Assembly: GCA_044507735.1 (NCBI GenBank)
Contig: JBIQJB010000032.1
Coordinates: 1-20,596 of the forward strand
Length of the DNA: 20,596 nt
Source: Nitrosopumilales archaeon
GTDB lineage: Archaea > Thermoproteota > Nitrososphaeria > Nitrososphaerales > Nitrososphaeraceae
Direction: 5' to 3'
Positions 1 through 8,703 of this stretch are shown piece by piece. The stretch's first letter is position 1; each line of letters opens with the position of its first letter. The notes under the pieces were generated by a model. That model was not told the DNA's origin. It did no database searches and saw only the letters and a list, made by a program, of their open reading frames with translations. The translations under genes and the position numbers were made by a program.

Positions 1-43
1 CATCATGAAAGGATTAAAAACTACTCTTGTGTCCCATCTTTTA

Positions 44-181
44 TTGAGAGAGCAAGATCAGCGGTCCGTGGAATGCCCACGCTGTGGGTTTGAAATGAAG
101 TATATGACCGCATGCCACATGATCTGTACAAACTGTGGCGGTCACATGGACTGCAGCGAAAAAGGTCTGACTTGGGGCTAG
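44..181 (+). CDS. Small (45 aa) CPxCG-type zinc-finger protein, not in the ORF track
   Basis: Manual translation from TTG44: MREQDQRSVECPRCGFEMKYMTACHMICTNCGGHMDCSEKGLTWG*. It has CPxCG and CxxCG knuckles and a DCS tail like small archaeal Zn-finger micro-proteins. A TATA-like ATTAAAAA at 13-20 lies about 25 nt upstream. Confidence 0.75.
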   Translation: MREQDQRSVECPRCGFEMKYMTACHMICTNCGGHMDCSEKGLTWG

Positions 182-360
182 AAAGGGCTCTTATCCCAGT
201 TCATCTGAAAGTTGTCGGCGATGTCTACTGCTTTGCCCTTCATTATCTCGATATAGTCATCGTAGGTAGTGGAGAAGCCGCAGTGGCTGCATTTCACCTC
301 CGACATCTCGTCGTTTACCACTGCCTTTTTGCCACACTCTGGGCACTTTGCTTCGAGCAC
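178..360 (-). CDS. Small (60 aa) zinc-ribbon protein (real part of track ORF 178..801)
   Basis: From GTG360: MLEAKCPECGKKAVVNDEMSEVKCSHCGFSTTYDDYIEIMKGKAVDIADNFQMNWDKSPF, with CPECG...CSHCG. The longer upstream extension is antisense to the phosphatase. TATA-like element at 383-390. Confidence 0.8.
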   Translation of the reverse strand: MLEAKCPECGKKAVVNDEMSEVKCSHCGFSTTYDDYIEIMKGKAVDIADNFQMNWDKSPF

Positions 361-382
361 GCAATGGTTACACAGCGCATTG

Positions 383-390
383 TTAATAAA
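383..390. promoter_or_regulatory. Candidate shared TATA box for the divergent zinc-ribbon and phosphatase genes
   Basis: TTAATAAA (TTTATTAA on the minus strand) is centred in a 54-bp gap, about 23-25 nt from both start codons (360 on - and 415 on +). This fits leaderless transcripts. Confidence 0.55.
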
Positions 391-414
391 TTGTATCTGC
401 AGTAGAGCTGTCAA

Positions 415-927
415 TTGACAAAGATTGGCGACGCCTACAGGCGACTCCATGGCATGGTGACTGCCAGGCCCACTAACTTTAGCTGGGTAATAGACGGCAA
501 GCTGGCAGGCTGTGGACTTCCCGTTAGCGAGAGCGAGTTCAGGTGGCTGGCCGAACAGGGTATCAAATCCGTAGTCACTGTAAGAGAGGTATCGCTCCCA
601 TCCGACTGGTTTGAGGGGAGCGATATCGACTACCTCCATCTGGAAGTCGAGGACTTTGGCGCACCAAACATAGAAGATCTGATACAGGCAGTAGACTTTA
701 TCGAGCAGCAGATAAAGAGTGGAAGGCCGGTGATGGTGCACTGCGCAGCGGGCAAGGGCAGGACTGGAACAGTTCTTGCGGCCTACCTTGTAAAAAACCA
801 CAATATGACCGCAGAGCAGGCCATTGAAAAGGTGCGGAGCATGAGGCCAGGCTCTGTCCAGTCAGTCACTCAGGAGACTGCGGTGTCTATGTTTGAAAAA
901 TACCTAAAGAGCAGCAGTCGAGAGTAG
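415..927 (+). CDS. Dual-specificity / protein-tyrosine phosphatase family protein
   Basis: CX5R active-site loop VMVHCAAGKGRTG, upstream general-acid region (VEDFGAP) and C-terminal R-PGSVQ-x-x-Q motif. Confidence 0.92.
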   Translation: MTKIGDAYRRLHGMVTARPTNFSWVIDGKLAGCGLPVSESEFRWLAEQGIKSVVTVREVSLPSDWFEGSDIDYLHLEVEDFGAPNIEDLIQAVDFIEQQIKSGRPVMVHCAAGKGRTGTVLAAYLVKNHNMTAEQAIEKVRSMRPGSVQSVTQETAVSMFEKYLKSSSRE

Positions 928-937
928 TGGAAGATGC

Positions 938-1213
938 TTATTCAGGAATTGAGTCGATTTCCATCTTGCCACCTGGCGCTTTGATAGGCAGCTTGTGGTC
1001 TTTGAATACAAGCGTAATTTCATTACTTCCCTCTTCAACACTCTGCAGCTCTTGACCTTTTACGTTGTTGCATGTAGCAAGATCAACCGAGAGTTCTCCG
1101 GACCTGATCTTTATGAACAGATACCTGTTGTCCTTGAAGATTAGCGTGAGCTCGTCTTTGCTCTTTTCAAAGTCAAGTAGCTCCTGACCCTTTATGCCGT
1201 CAAACTTGGCCAT
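938..1213 (-). CDS. Small hypothetical protein built from two tandem ~45-aa repeats
   Basis: ATG start with an AT-rich upstream region. Internal repeat IKGQELLDFEKSKDELTLIFKD versus VKGQELQSVEEGSNEITLVFKD. Confidence 0.75.
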   Translation of the reverse strand: MAKFDGIKGQELLDFEKSKDELTLIFKDNRYLFIKIRSGELSVDLATCNNVKGQELQSVEEGSNEITLVFKDHKLPIKAPGGKMEIDSIPE

Positions 1214-1249
1214 TTCAGTAGTATAATGAAAAATCAGATCTATTTAGAG

Positions 1250-1585
1250 TTAGTCAACGATTTCTTGGTCTAGGCTTTCCAAACAGAGCGACAAGAGTTC
1301 ATTACTCCTTTTCATTATCCAGCTTGGGAACTGCTCGAAAGTAAAGACGTATTGCTGCTGAAAGTTTGGAGGGATAAAGCCACCGTGGGTGATTACCTGC
1401 ACCACAACGTACTGCTCGTTAACTGTGGCAATCTCTTCTTCCGCAGAAGAATCGATTTCCTCGATAGTATGCCTGTAGAGCACAACTGGCCTGCCAGTCC
1501 TGCTGGCCATGATGGATGCTTTGCGCAATCGGTCTCTCAGTCTGCTCAGAACCCAGCTATCGAGCGTCACTTGTTCGTTGGTCAA
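1250..1585 (-). CDS. Hypothetical protein (111 aa)
   Basis: Protein-like composition, TTG start, TATA-like ATAAATA about 25 nt upstream (minus strand near 1609-1615), and it fills the gap between neighbours. Confidence 0.7.
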   Translation of the reverse strand: MTNEQVTLDSWVLSRLRDRLRKASIMASRTGRPVVLYRHTIEEIDSSAEEEIATVNEQYVVVQVITHGGFIPPNFQQQYVFTFEQFPSWIMKRSNELLSLCLESLDQEIVD

Positions 1586-1772
1586 TCAGCGTATCCTCAT
1601 GAAATATCTATTTATGGTAATATGCCAAGAATTATTGACCCAAAAAACAATTCCTCTTACTTGTGCAGTAGGTTCTAACAATCTCGCCCCCTGCTCCCCT
1701 ATGTATCCAGACAATAAGAAAGTTGAATATTACATTATAGCAGAAAAATTGCGCGCCAAGTGGTGAAAAAAA

Positions 1773-4700
1773 TTATTCCACGGATATCCGGAATTCCCGG
1801 CCATCGATCTCGACAACCTTGTACTGAATGTCAGGTTGCGGCTCTTTCGAGAGCACGACATTTCTCACACGTACGAGAAAAGCCATTTCATCCTTCATAG
1901 CATTCAGTTTTGCTATTTCTTCATCATCAAGTCCAGCTATGTGGAGGCTGTCAAGGGTATCCGTTGGATTGTACTGCTTTTCTTTGCGCAGTTGCTGGGA
2001 GTTTCTTGCCAAATCTTTCATCAATCCCCTTATTATCAGGGAAGCATCGCGGGAGGTCGAGATGAATACCACTAGGTTTCCTCGTTCAGACGACGAATAT
2101 CCTTCTGTGGCCTTGTACGCAATATCGACATCGGATGGCGTCAGGTCTACTGTCTTGCCATCATAGGCAAGAGAAAAAGCACCGGACCTGAGCGAATTGA
2201 GAAGTGCCAATTTGTCGGTTTTCTCAAAAGCTTCTGCGACCTTGCCAATGTCTGCCTTAACCCGGGGAGCAACATTCTTTCTCACCAGGGTAACTGCAAC
2301 AGAGATCGGCATCTTGCTCTCAAGCAGCTTTGCTACTTTTTCCAGCTGGGAGTCGGTGGAAATTTCCACCAGCGTATACTGGCCGGCGTTGAGCTGGCCT
2401 TTGAGTGATTCAGAGACGCCTTCGATTTCAAGCGACTTTACGCTTGGGCCGCAGATCAAGACCTCACTTATCGGCCAACGTCTCTTGAGCCCCGCGAGGT
2501 TCCTCGCTGCATTAGCAAGCGACACGACCTCCTTTATCATGTCAAACGCTGATTCGACCTTCTCGTCGACCAGCTTTTCGTTACGCTGCGGCCAGTCTTC
2601 AAGCAACACACTCCTTTTCTTCCCAAAGCACGTCAGGTAAAGGTAGTCAGTAATGAAAGGAGAGAGTGGGTGCAGCATGATGTCAATTTGCATGAGCACA
2701 TGGCCGATAACCGCATACACGGCAAGGCGCCTGTCCAAGTTCTCGGCGCTGTCGTCCCAGATGATGTTCCTTGTGAGCGGGATATAGGTCTGGCTCAGAT
2801 GGTTGATTATGAATTCATCTATCGCCCTAGCGCCTTCGTGGAATCGGCAGCGCGCAAACGAATCCGTAACCTGTTTTATCAACCCTTGCATCTTGGACAG
2901 CAGCCAGACCTCGGTCGGTCCAAACAAATTCTTGCTCGCGACCCATTCCAGTGTGTGCTTGTTCTGGTCGAACTTGTCAAATTCACTGTTTTGCTTAAAG
3001 TAAACATGGAGGTGGTGGAGAGTACTCAATATCTGGTACGGTCTTGTCTTCATCTCGTCAAGGCTAAAGTTCAGCGACTCAATGGGTGATGATTTCCACA
3101 TGAAATACAGTCTAACAAGGTCTACAGGGTTGTCCGACAGGAGCTTGCGCGCTTCCATCACATTGCCAAGGCTCTTGCTCATCTTGTTGCCCTTTTCGTC
3201 AAGCACGTGCCCCTGGAACAGAAAAGACCGGAAAGGCGCTATGCCTGCCTGATTCATGATAACATTTTCTATCAGCAGCGTATATGCCCACCCCCTTGTC
3301 TGGTCAATCCCCTCTGTCAGAAAGGTCGCAGGTATCAGGTCGCTGTATTCTTCGTCCGTGAGCGATGCAAAGGGTGCGGCCCCGCTGTTGTGCCAAGTGT
3401 CCAGGACAAAGGGTTCTCGCTGCATTGTGGCGCCGCACTTGTCACAGTTAATCTTGATCCTATCGATCCAAGGCCGATGCAGCTCAAAGTCCGGCCCGTC
3501 AGGGAGTTCGATCGCCTTTTTCACTATCTCGGCCCTTGAGAAGAGCGCATCCTTGTGGCCGCACTTACCGCATGACCACACAGGAAGCGGTGTGCCCCAG
3601 ACCCTTTCTCGGGATATGCACCAGGGGTGCTGTTCCCGGATAATTTCCACGAACCTATTTTTTGGTGGCTCAAAAAAGTACTCGACGTTCTGTGCGGCTT
3701 GCAAGGGTTTGTCACCCAGTTTTTCGATGATGTAAAAATATTCGCGCCGGGCGAGCCATACGACTTTGTGATGAGAACGCCAGCACGTAGGGTACTGGTG
3801 CTTTATTTTTCCCAGCTTGACAGAAGCCCCGGCTTCTTTCATTGCTTGTGTCACCTTCATGTCCGCGTCCCTCACGAATAGACCTTTGAACGCGCCAGCC
3901 TTTTCAGTGAAAATTACTCTATCGTCTATCGGAATGAAGATAGGTACGTTCCTCCTTGCTGCGACTTCAAAGTCCTCTTCCCCGTTTGCCGGTGAGAGGT
4001 GCACGAGGCCGCTGCCAGTTGCAGTATCAACAAAATCCTCCGCTACAACAAAATGGATTGAGCCGGTTTGTGCTAGCTCTGCAAGCCCAGGTATCAAGTG
4101 CAGAAGCGGGTGAACATAGTGCTTGCCGTCAAGCTCGAGGCCTTTGACAGTCTTTTCGACTACATAGTCTTCGACTCGCAGCTCTTTCATCAGTTCAGGC
4201 ATCCTGTCTGCTCCGACTATCCACCGCTCACCACTGTCGCTATTGTTGATGCGTACATAGTTGTAGTCAGCTTTTGGGTTTGCACCCACCATTTCGTCAG
4301 TAACTACCGTAAAGGGCATCGTGGTCCACACAATCAAATACGCATCTTCGTCAGCCAGTTTGACCTTATAGTAGAACGACGGGTCCTCGACAGTTTCATA
4401 CCCCTGATTGACCTCGGCATTTGAAAGAGAAGTCTGACACGAAGGGCAGTAGGCTACCACTCTGAACCATTCCCTCAGCACTCCACTCTCCCAAGCCTTC
4501 TTCAGATACTGCCACTCGCGCTCGATATATGAATCGCGGAATGTCCAGTACGCTTTTTCATAGTTGAATGACATGCCAAGCAGTTTGTCTGCAGCTATCC
4601 ATTTTTCGTTGTACGAGTGGATTATCCTCTTGCAGGTTTCGACAATTTTTTCAATTCCAACTTTTCCTACGTTTTCGGCCTTGCTACCTGTCAATCCAAG

Positions 4701-4991
4701 TTCCTTTTCTGCCTGCAATTCCACAGGAAGTCCCTGTGTGTCCCAGCCTGCGCGGAAGATGACTTTCTTTTTCCGCAGCGTATTGAAGCGGTACCACAAA
4801 TCCTTGATTATCCTGCCACGTAGATGGCCGGCGTGGGGCTCACCGTTCATGGTAGGAGGACCCTCGATGTAGCCCATCAGCTCCTTGCCGGCAAGCTCGT
4901 TTTCGAGATACGCCCTCAGATCCAGTTTATCGAGATAACTGCGAACCTCGTTTTCGATCGCCTTGGCGTCGAACTTGGTGTCAAATTCCAT
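1773..4991 (-). CDS. ileS: Isoleucine--tRNA ligase (archaeal/eukaryotic type)
   Basis: 1072 aa class Ia synthetase: EGPPTMNGEPHAGH (HIGH), GWDTQGLPVE, WTTMPFT and GSGLVHLSP editing domain, WCISRER-WG, EGIDQTRGW, KMSKS. Confidence 0.96.
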   Translation of the reverse strand: MEFDTKFDAKAIENEVRSYLDKLDLRAYLENELAGKELMGYIEGPPTMNGEPHAGHLRGRIIKDLWYRFNTLRKKKVIFRAGWDTQGLPVELQAEKELGLTGSKAENVGKVGIEKIVETCKRIIHSYNEKWIAADKLLGMSFNYEKAYWTFRDSYIEREWQYLKKAWESGVLREWFRVVAYCPSCQTSLSNAEVNQGYETVEDPSFYYKVKLADEDAYLIVWTTMPFTVVTDEMVGANPKADYNYVRINNSDSGERWIVGADRMPELMKELRVEDYVVEKTVKGLELDGKHYVHPLLHLIPGLAELAQTGSIHFVVAEDFVDTATGSGLVHLSPANGEEDFEVAARRNVPIFIPIDDRVIFTEKAGAFKGLFVRDADMKVTQAMKEAGASVKLGKIKHQYPTCWRSHHKVVWLARREYFYIIEKLGDKPLQAAQNVEYFFEPPKNRFVEIIREQHPWCISRERVWGTPLPVWSCGKCGHKDALFSRAEIVKKAIELPDGPDFELHRPWIDRIKINCDKCGATMQREPFVLDTWHNSGAAPFASLTDEEYSDLIPATFLTEGIDQTRGWAYTLLIENVIMNQAGIAPFRSFLFQGHVLDEKGNKMSKSLGNVMEARKLLSDNPVDLVRLYFMWKSSPIESLNFSLDEMKTRPYQILSTLHHLHVYFKQNSEFDKFDQNKHTLEWVASKNLFGPTEVWLLSKMQGLIKQVTDSFARCRFHEGARAIDEFIINHLSQTYIPLTRNIIWDDSAENLDRRLAVYAVIGHVLMQIDIMLHPLSPFITDYLYLTCFGKKRSVLLEDWPQRNEKLVDEKVESAFDMIKEVVSLANAARNLAGLKRRWPISEVLICGPSVKSLEIEGVSESLKGQLNAGQYTLVEISTDSQLEKVAKLLESKMPISVAVTLVRKNVAPRVKADIGKVAEAFEKTDKLALLNSLRSGAFSLAYDGKTVDLTPSDVDIAYKATEGYSSSERGNLVVFISTSRDASLIIRGLMKDLARNSQQLRKEKQYNPTDTLDSLHIAGLDDEEIAKLNAMKDEMAFLVRVRNVVLSKEPQPDIQYKVVEIDGREFRISVE

Positions 4992-5085
4992 CTATGCGAA
5001 TGTCGATAGCGTGGCCTGTGTTTATATTTTTGGTCAACTTTCAAAAACACACAGTATATGAATCCAACAATCAGTTACTTTTCCA

Positions 5086-5469
5086 TTGACAAACTATCAG
5101 GACATGTGCAATGAGGTCCTCCGATTGGACAGATCCATTCGATACGTCGGCCTTGCAGACCATCTTGGCAGCTTGGTTGCCACATCGTATAGGCCCGGCC
5201 TCGTTCCTCTTGCAACCAAGGAAGAAACAGAAGAGTATACAAGGCAAGCGATCCAGCGGATGGGGGCCGTCCAGGGCGGAACCAAAGTAGGAAGGCTGGA
5301 ATACATTGTCGGCAGGTTTTCAAACCTTGTCAGGGCAACGATCCCAGTAGTCTCTTCGAGGCAAGACAAGTTCTACTTGATGCTGTCCATCGATTTTGGC
5401 TCTGACCCGATCAAGATGATTGAAAACAAGGTTCTCCCTCAAATTGAAAAGAGCAAGAAATGGCTCTGA
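5086..5469 (+). CDS. Thaumarchaeal small alpha/beta protein (DUF6659-like, possibly roadblock/profilin-like fold)
   Basis: Pattern C-x-x-VL-x-LD-x-SIRYVG-x-x-D-x-x-G...R-x-GL-x-PL...G-x-L-x-Y resembles, from recall, an expanded Nitrososphaerota family. TATA-like GTATATG near 5054-5060. Confidence 0.7.
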   Translation: MTNYQDMCNEVLRLDRSIRYVGLADHLGSLVATSYRPGLVPLATKEETEEYTRQAIQRMGAVQGGTKVGRLEYIVGRFSNLVRATIPVVSSRQDKFYLMLSIDFGSDPIKMIENKVLPQIEKSKKWL

Positions 5470-5524
5470 TTAGACTTGTCAATAGGATTATATTTTCAAA
5501 TGTAGGCCGATCATCCTGAACAAT

Positions 5525-6058
5525 TTGGCAATTGTACACGATCTCAAGGCAGGCAAAAACCCACCAGAAGAGATCAATGTGGTGATCGAGATCCCAAAAG
5601 GTAGCAACATCAAGTATGAAATAGACAAGGAAACTGGAGCACTTTTCGTTGACCGCAAGCTGTTCACCGCAATGTTTTACCCATGCAATTATGGCTTTGT
5701 GCCACAAACAAAGGAGAATGATGGTGATCCTGTAGATGTGCTAGTTCTTGGCAACGATGCAGTCATTCCCACGTCGGTAATCCGAGCAACACCGGTCGGG
5801 GTGCTTCTCACGGCAGACGAGGAAGGCGAAGACGCAAAGATAGTTGCTGTTCCGGTGGCAAAGATTGACCCGACATTTGCAAACGTCAAGGACATCAATG
5901 ACGTGCCAGAGCATCTACGCGATCAGATAAAGCACTTCTTCGAGCACTACAAAGAGTTGGAAAAGGGCAAGTACGTCAAAGTAACCGGCTGGGCCAACAA
6001 GGATCAAGCCACTAAAAAGATTTCAGAAGCGATGGAAAGATACAGCAAAGAAGGATAA
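5525..6058 (+). CDS. ppa: Inorganic pyrophosphatase (family I)
   Basis: EIPKGSNIKYE, DR-L, YPCNYGFVPQT, DGDPVDVLV signature, HFFEHYKELE. Confidence 0.97.
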   Translation: MAIVHDLKAGKNPPEEINVVIEIPKGSNIKYEIDKETGALFVDRKLFTAMFYPCNYGFVPQTKENDGDPVDVLVLGNDAVIPTSVIRATPVGVLLTADEEGEDAKIVAVPVAKIDPTFANVKDINDVPEHLRDQIKHFFEHYKELEKGKYVKVTGWANKDQATKKISEAMERYSKEG

Positions 6059-6081
6059 AAAGTGTGGAGAGAGAAAAGGGA

Positions 6082-7326
6082 CTAGAGCGCCTTGAACTGG
6101 TCGCTCCAGCGCATGTAGGCCCTTATCATATCAATGCTGACTGAAGGCTTGCGTATCTTCAGTATCTCCTTAAAGTCAAGCATGTTGATCGCTCGGGGAT
6201 TCGCGCCTGCTTCCATCGCCTTGCCGCTCTCAAACAGCTCATTCACCACGCGCAGTTGGACTGACTGGCAGATGTCCTTGATGTCACTTGCGCTGTAGCC
6301 CTCGCTCACCTTTGCAAGCTCTTCAACCCGCAGAGTTCCCTCAACGTTCAGCGGCGCAGTGTACTGAGAGAAAAGGTTGATCCTTGATGCAGTGTCCGGC
6401 AGCGTGACGTAAATACGCTTCTGGAACCTGCGCAAAAATCCTGCTTCGAGACTCCAGGGTTTGTTGGTAGCACCGATGACATATAGCTGTGAATCCTTGC
6501 TCTTGCCGTTGATGCCGTCCATTTCAGTCAGGAACTGGTTCTTGACGCGCACTTCGCCCCCGACTTCACTATTGCGCGTGCCAAGCAATGAGTCAATTTC
6601 ATCTATGAACAGCAGCACCGGCACGCCCTCGCTTTCGTTCAGGCTACGTGCCATCTTGAACAACTTAGAGATGTTCTTTTCAGCTTCGCCGAGCCACTTG
6701 CTCATCATCGATGCTGCATCGACATTGACAAAATAGCCGTCGATTTCCGCTGCAGCGGCAGCTGCAAGCAAGGTCTTGCCACATCCTGGTGGGCCATACA
6801 GAAGTATGCCGCGTGGCCAGCCAAGCGGAAACAGGTCTGCCCTCTTCATGGGATAAACAATAGACTCGCGGATCGCCCTCTTGGCGTCTTCAAGTCCGAT
6901 TACCTCGTTCCAGCTCACCCGTGGCTTTTCCTTCATGACAAGATCGTCAAAGTCGGCCTTGAGTGTCTCTACGCTGCTGGCTGACTTGCCGCTTCCACTG
7001 CCACCAGTCTGTGCAGCAGGCTTTGCGTGCCCATTCGATGGTTCGCGCCTTGAATTGTCAATGTTGGTTGGCACCGGCCTTTCGTCCTCTTCAAGACCGT
7101 GTGACATCTGAAGTGCTTTGATTCTGTTCTGGTAGGCATTTGCTCTTTCCATATAGACCTTGTTTAGCTTATAGTCTGGGTAGATCTGGACCAGCTTTAC
7201 CAGCGCCTCTATCGCGCGCTGGTACGACTGAATCGCCATCCCTCGTGACCCTTGAGAATCAAGCCGTATTGCTTCGGCTGCATACTTGCTAGCGCTATTT
7301 TCCAGTTCCTGTGGTGCAAGACTCAT
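6082..7326 (-). CDS. cdvC: Vps4-like AAA+ ATPase CdvC with N-terminal MIT domain
   Basis: N-terminal MIT helices (A..YAAEAIRLD..G...AIQSYQRAIEAL...Y..RIKAL), Walker A GPPGCGKT, pore loop SKWLGEAEK, Walker B FIDEID, GATNKPWSL, LRRFQKRIYVTLPD. Probable start is ATG7326 (MSLAPQELE). Adjacent to ESCRT-III-like genes. Confidence 0.93.
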   Translation of the reverse strand: MSLAPQELENSASKYAAEAIRLDSQGSRGMAIQSYQRAIEALVKLVQIYPDYKLNKVYMERANAYQNRIKALQMSHGLEEDERPVPTNIDNSRREPSNGHAKPAAQTGGSGSGKSASSVETLKADFDDLVMKEKPRVSWNEVIGLEDAKRAIRESIVYPMKRADLFPLGWPRGILLYGPPGCGKTLLAAAAAAEIDGYFVNVDAASMMSKWLGEAEKNISKLFKMARSLNESEGVPVLLFIDEIDSLLGTRNSEVGGEVRVKNQFLTEMDGINGKSKDSQLYVIGATNKPWSLEAGFLRRFQKRIYVTLPDTASRINLFSQYTAPLNVEGTLRVEELAKVSEGYSASDIKDICQSVQLRVVNELFESGKAMEAGANPRAINMLDFKEILKIRKPSVSIDMIRAYMRWSDQFKAL

Positions 7327-7417
7327 GATACAGTTCAAGCCAGAATTGGCTCGGGATTTGAATTACTTGGGTGTAAATCTATCTTGCCTAGCTAACAAAA
7401 TTATTTGAACCTCCACA

Positions 7418-7960
7418 TCATACAGGTACTGGCGAGGGCTCCTCTTCTTCCTCCTCGCTTTTCGCGCCATTCATCATCTCATCAGCAACCAGCGCAGACG
7501 CCTTGCCTGCTCTGACGGCCGCCGTCACTTCTGCAAAGATTGCAGGATCCATCTCTCGCCCGATCTCTGATGCAAGCCCTGTCGAAACCTTGGCAAGGGC
7601 GTCGTGCATCTCTTCCAGCGCAGCTTCGGCCGCCGGCATCATTTGCTCAAGATCCCCCCTTATGTCGCTGACTGACGAAGCAGCGCTATCCATTATCATG
7701 ACAAACTCTTCCAAAAAGCGCGCTGATTCAATCTTTTGAGATATCTCATGGAGGATCATTTCACCGTTCTTCACTAGTTCAAGCACTCTTGTCAGCTCCT
7801 GGCAGTCCCCTCTCCCCTGATTTTGGCTGAGCGCATAGCTTATTCGAGACTCAAGCCTTGTGCGAAGCATGCTCATCGCGTAGGCATTGCGCTGCAAGTT
7901 TGAAAGCGCAGCGTTCGCTCTCTCCTTTAGGGAACCGCTTTTCTTGAACAATAATACCAA
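7418..7960 (-). CDS. Divergent ESCRT-III/Snf7 (CdvB-like) helical protein
   Basis: Basic N-terminus and acidic C-terminus. It aligns by eye with the upstream Snf7-like ORF (GSLKERANAA versus GPLKPRLDAV; EFVMIMDSAASSVSDIR versus DLVIVLSPAMSVVKNLR). It sits between that gene and cdvC. Start uncertain (TTG7960 chosen; track gives 8014). Confidence 0.65.
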   Translation of the reverse strand: MVLLFKKSGSLKERANAALSNLQRNAYAMSMLRTRLESRISYALSQNQGRGDCQELTRVLELVKNGEMILHEISQKIESARFLEEFVMIMDSAASSVSDIRGDLEQMMPAAEAALEEMHDALAKVSTGLASEIGREMDPAIFAEVTAAVRAGKASALVADEMMNGAKSEEEEEEPSPVPV

Positions 7961-8064
7961 GGCGCGCGTATGGAAAAAATGAGCAAAAACAAGACAGTCA
8001 AAAGTTGTTGGCAATTACCACCATAGTGGCTAGCTTGCCTAGCAGGTCCCAGCCAAAGACCATG

Positions 8065-8703
8065 CTAGGCAAGTTTCTGGGGTATTTCCGGCAGGTCCGG
8101 GATGCCGGGGAATTCTTCTTTCATCTTTTGCTCCACCGCAAGCGATGCCTCTTCGATGAGGCGCACTGCTTCTTCGTTTGCCGTCTCAAAGTTTATAGTG
8201 TAACCTCCCACTTGGCCCGCGTCAACGAGTATGCCGCTCAATAGCTCCGAAATTATCCCAAGTTCGATCTCCATCTCAGCCACATGCGGGGTCAGCAATG
8301 ACCGCAGATTCTTGACTACAGACATGGCAGGACTCAGCACAATAACTAGGTCGCCAAAGTCTGATGCCGAAGACAGCCTTGCAATCAGCTTTTCGAGCGC
8401 CACCTTCGACAGGAACACCACCCGAGACACCTGCCTCGCCCTCGCGAGCTCCGACGAGAGGACAGTAGAAAACTGGACGTTATTTTCCTTAATTGAATCC
8501 ACCAGCTTGCGGAACACTTCCTCGTCCTTTGACTTGAGCGATGTATGCAGTTCCTCAAGCCTTGCGATCTGGACTTGGATCTTTTTTTGCACCGCGTCCA
8601 GTCGGGGCTTTAGTGGCCCACCCGGTCTTGGTGGCGAAACGCCCTGAACATCATCATTAGCACTTAGTATTGACTCAGACTTGACCCACCTTGAATTCAT
8701 CAT
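8065..8703 (-). CDS. cdvB: ESCRT-III/Snf7 family protein (CdvB paralog)
   Basis: PLKPRL...IQVQIARLE...D...F.KLV, ELA..R, ALE....RL....DFGD....LSPAMSVVK, L..ISELLSGILVDAG, NEEA..LIEEAS..VEQKMKEEFP are typical of archaeal Snf7/CdvB. Probable start is ATG8703 or ATG8700. Which CdvB paralog it is cannot be determined. Confidence 0.85.
   Translation of the reverse strand: MMNSRWVKSESILSANDDVQGVSPPRPGGPLKPRLDAVQKKIQVQIARLEELHTSLKSKDEEVFRKLVDSIKENNVQFSTVLSSELARARQVSRVVFLSKVALEKLIARLSSASDFGDLVIVLSPAMSVVKNLRSLLTPHVAEMEIELGIISELLSGILVDAGQVGGYTINFETANEEAVRLIEEASLAVEQKMKEEFPGIPDLPEIPQKLA

Noticed and set aside
361-801. N-terminal 147 aa of track ORF 178..801(-)
   Set aside because: Antisense shadow of the phosphatase gene. 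Only the last 60 codons look like a real protein.
1701-1766. 21-codon ORF MYPDNKKVEYYIIAEKLRAKW in the gap before the ileS stop
   Set aside because: Too short, with no clear promoter spacing or motif to support it.
1828-5009. Many plus-strand ORFs of 60-160 aa inside ileS
   Set aside because: Antisense artefacts of a long coding sequence with no motifs. The same applies to the shadow ORFs within ppa, cdvC, trmB, trmI, argS, the RTX gene and the integrase.
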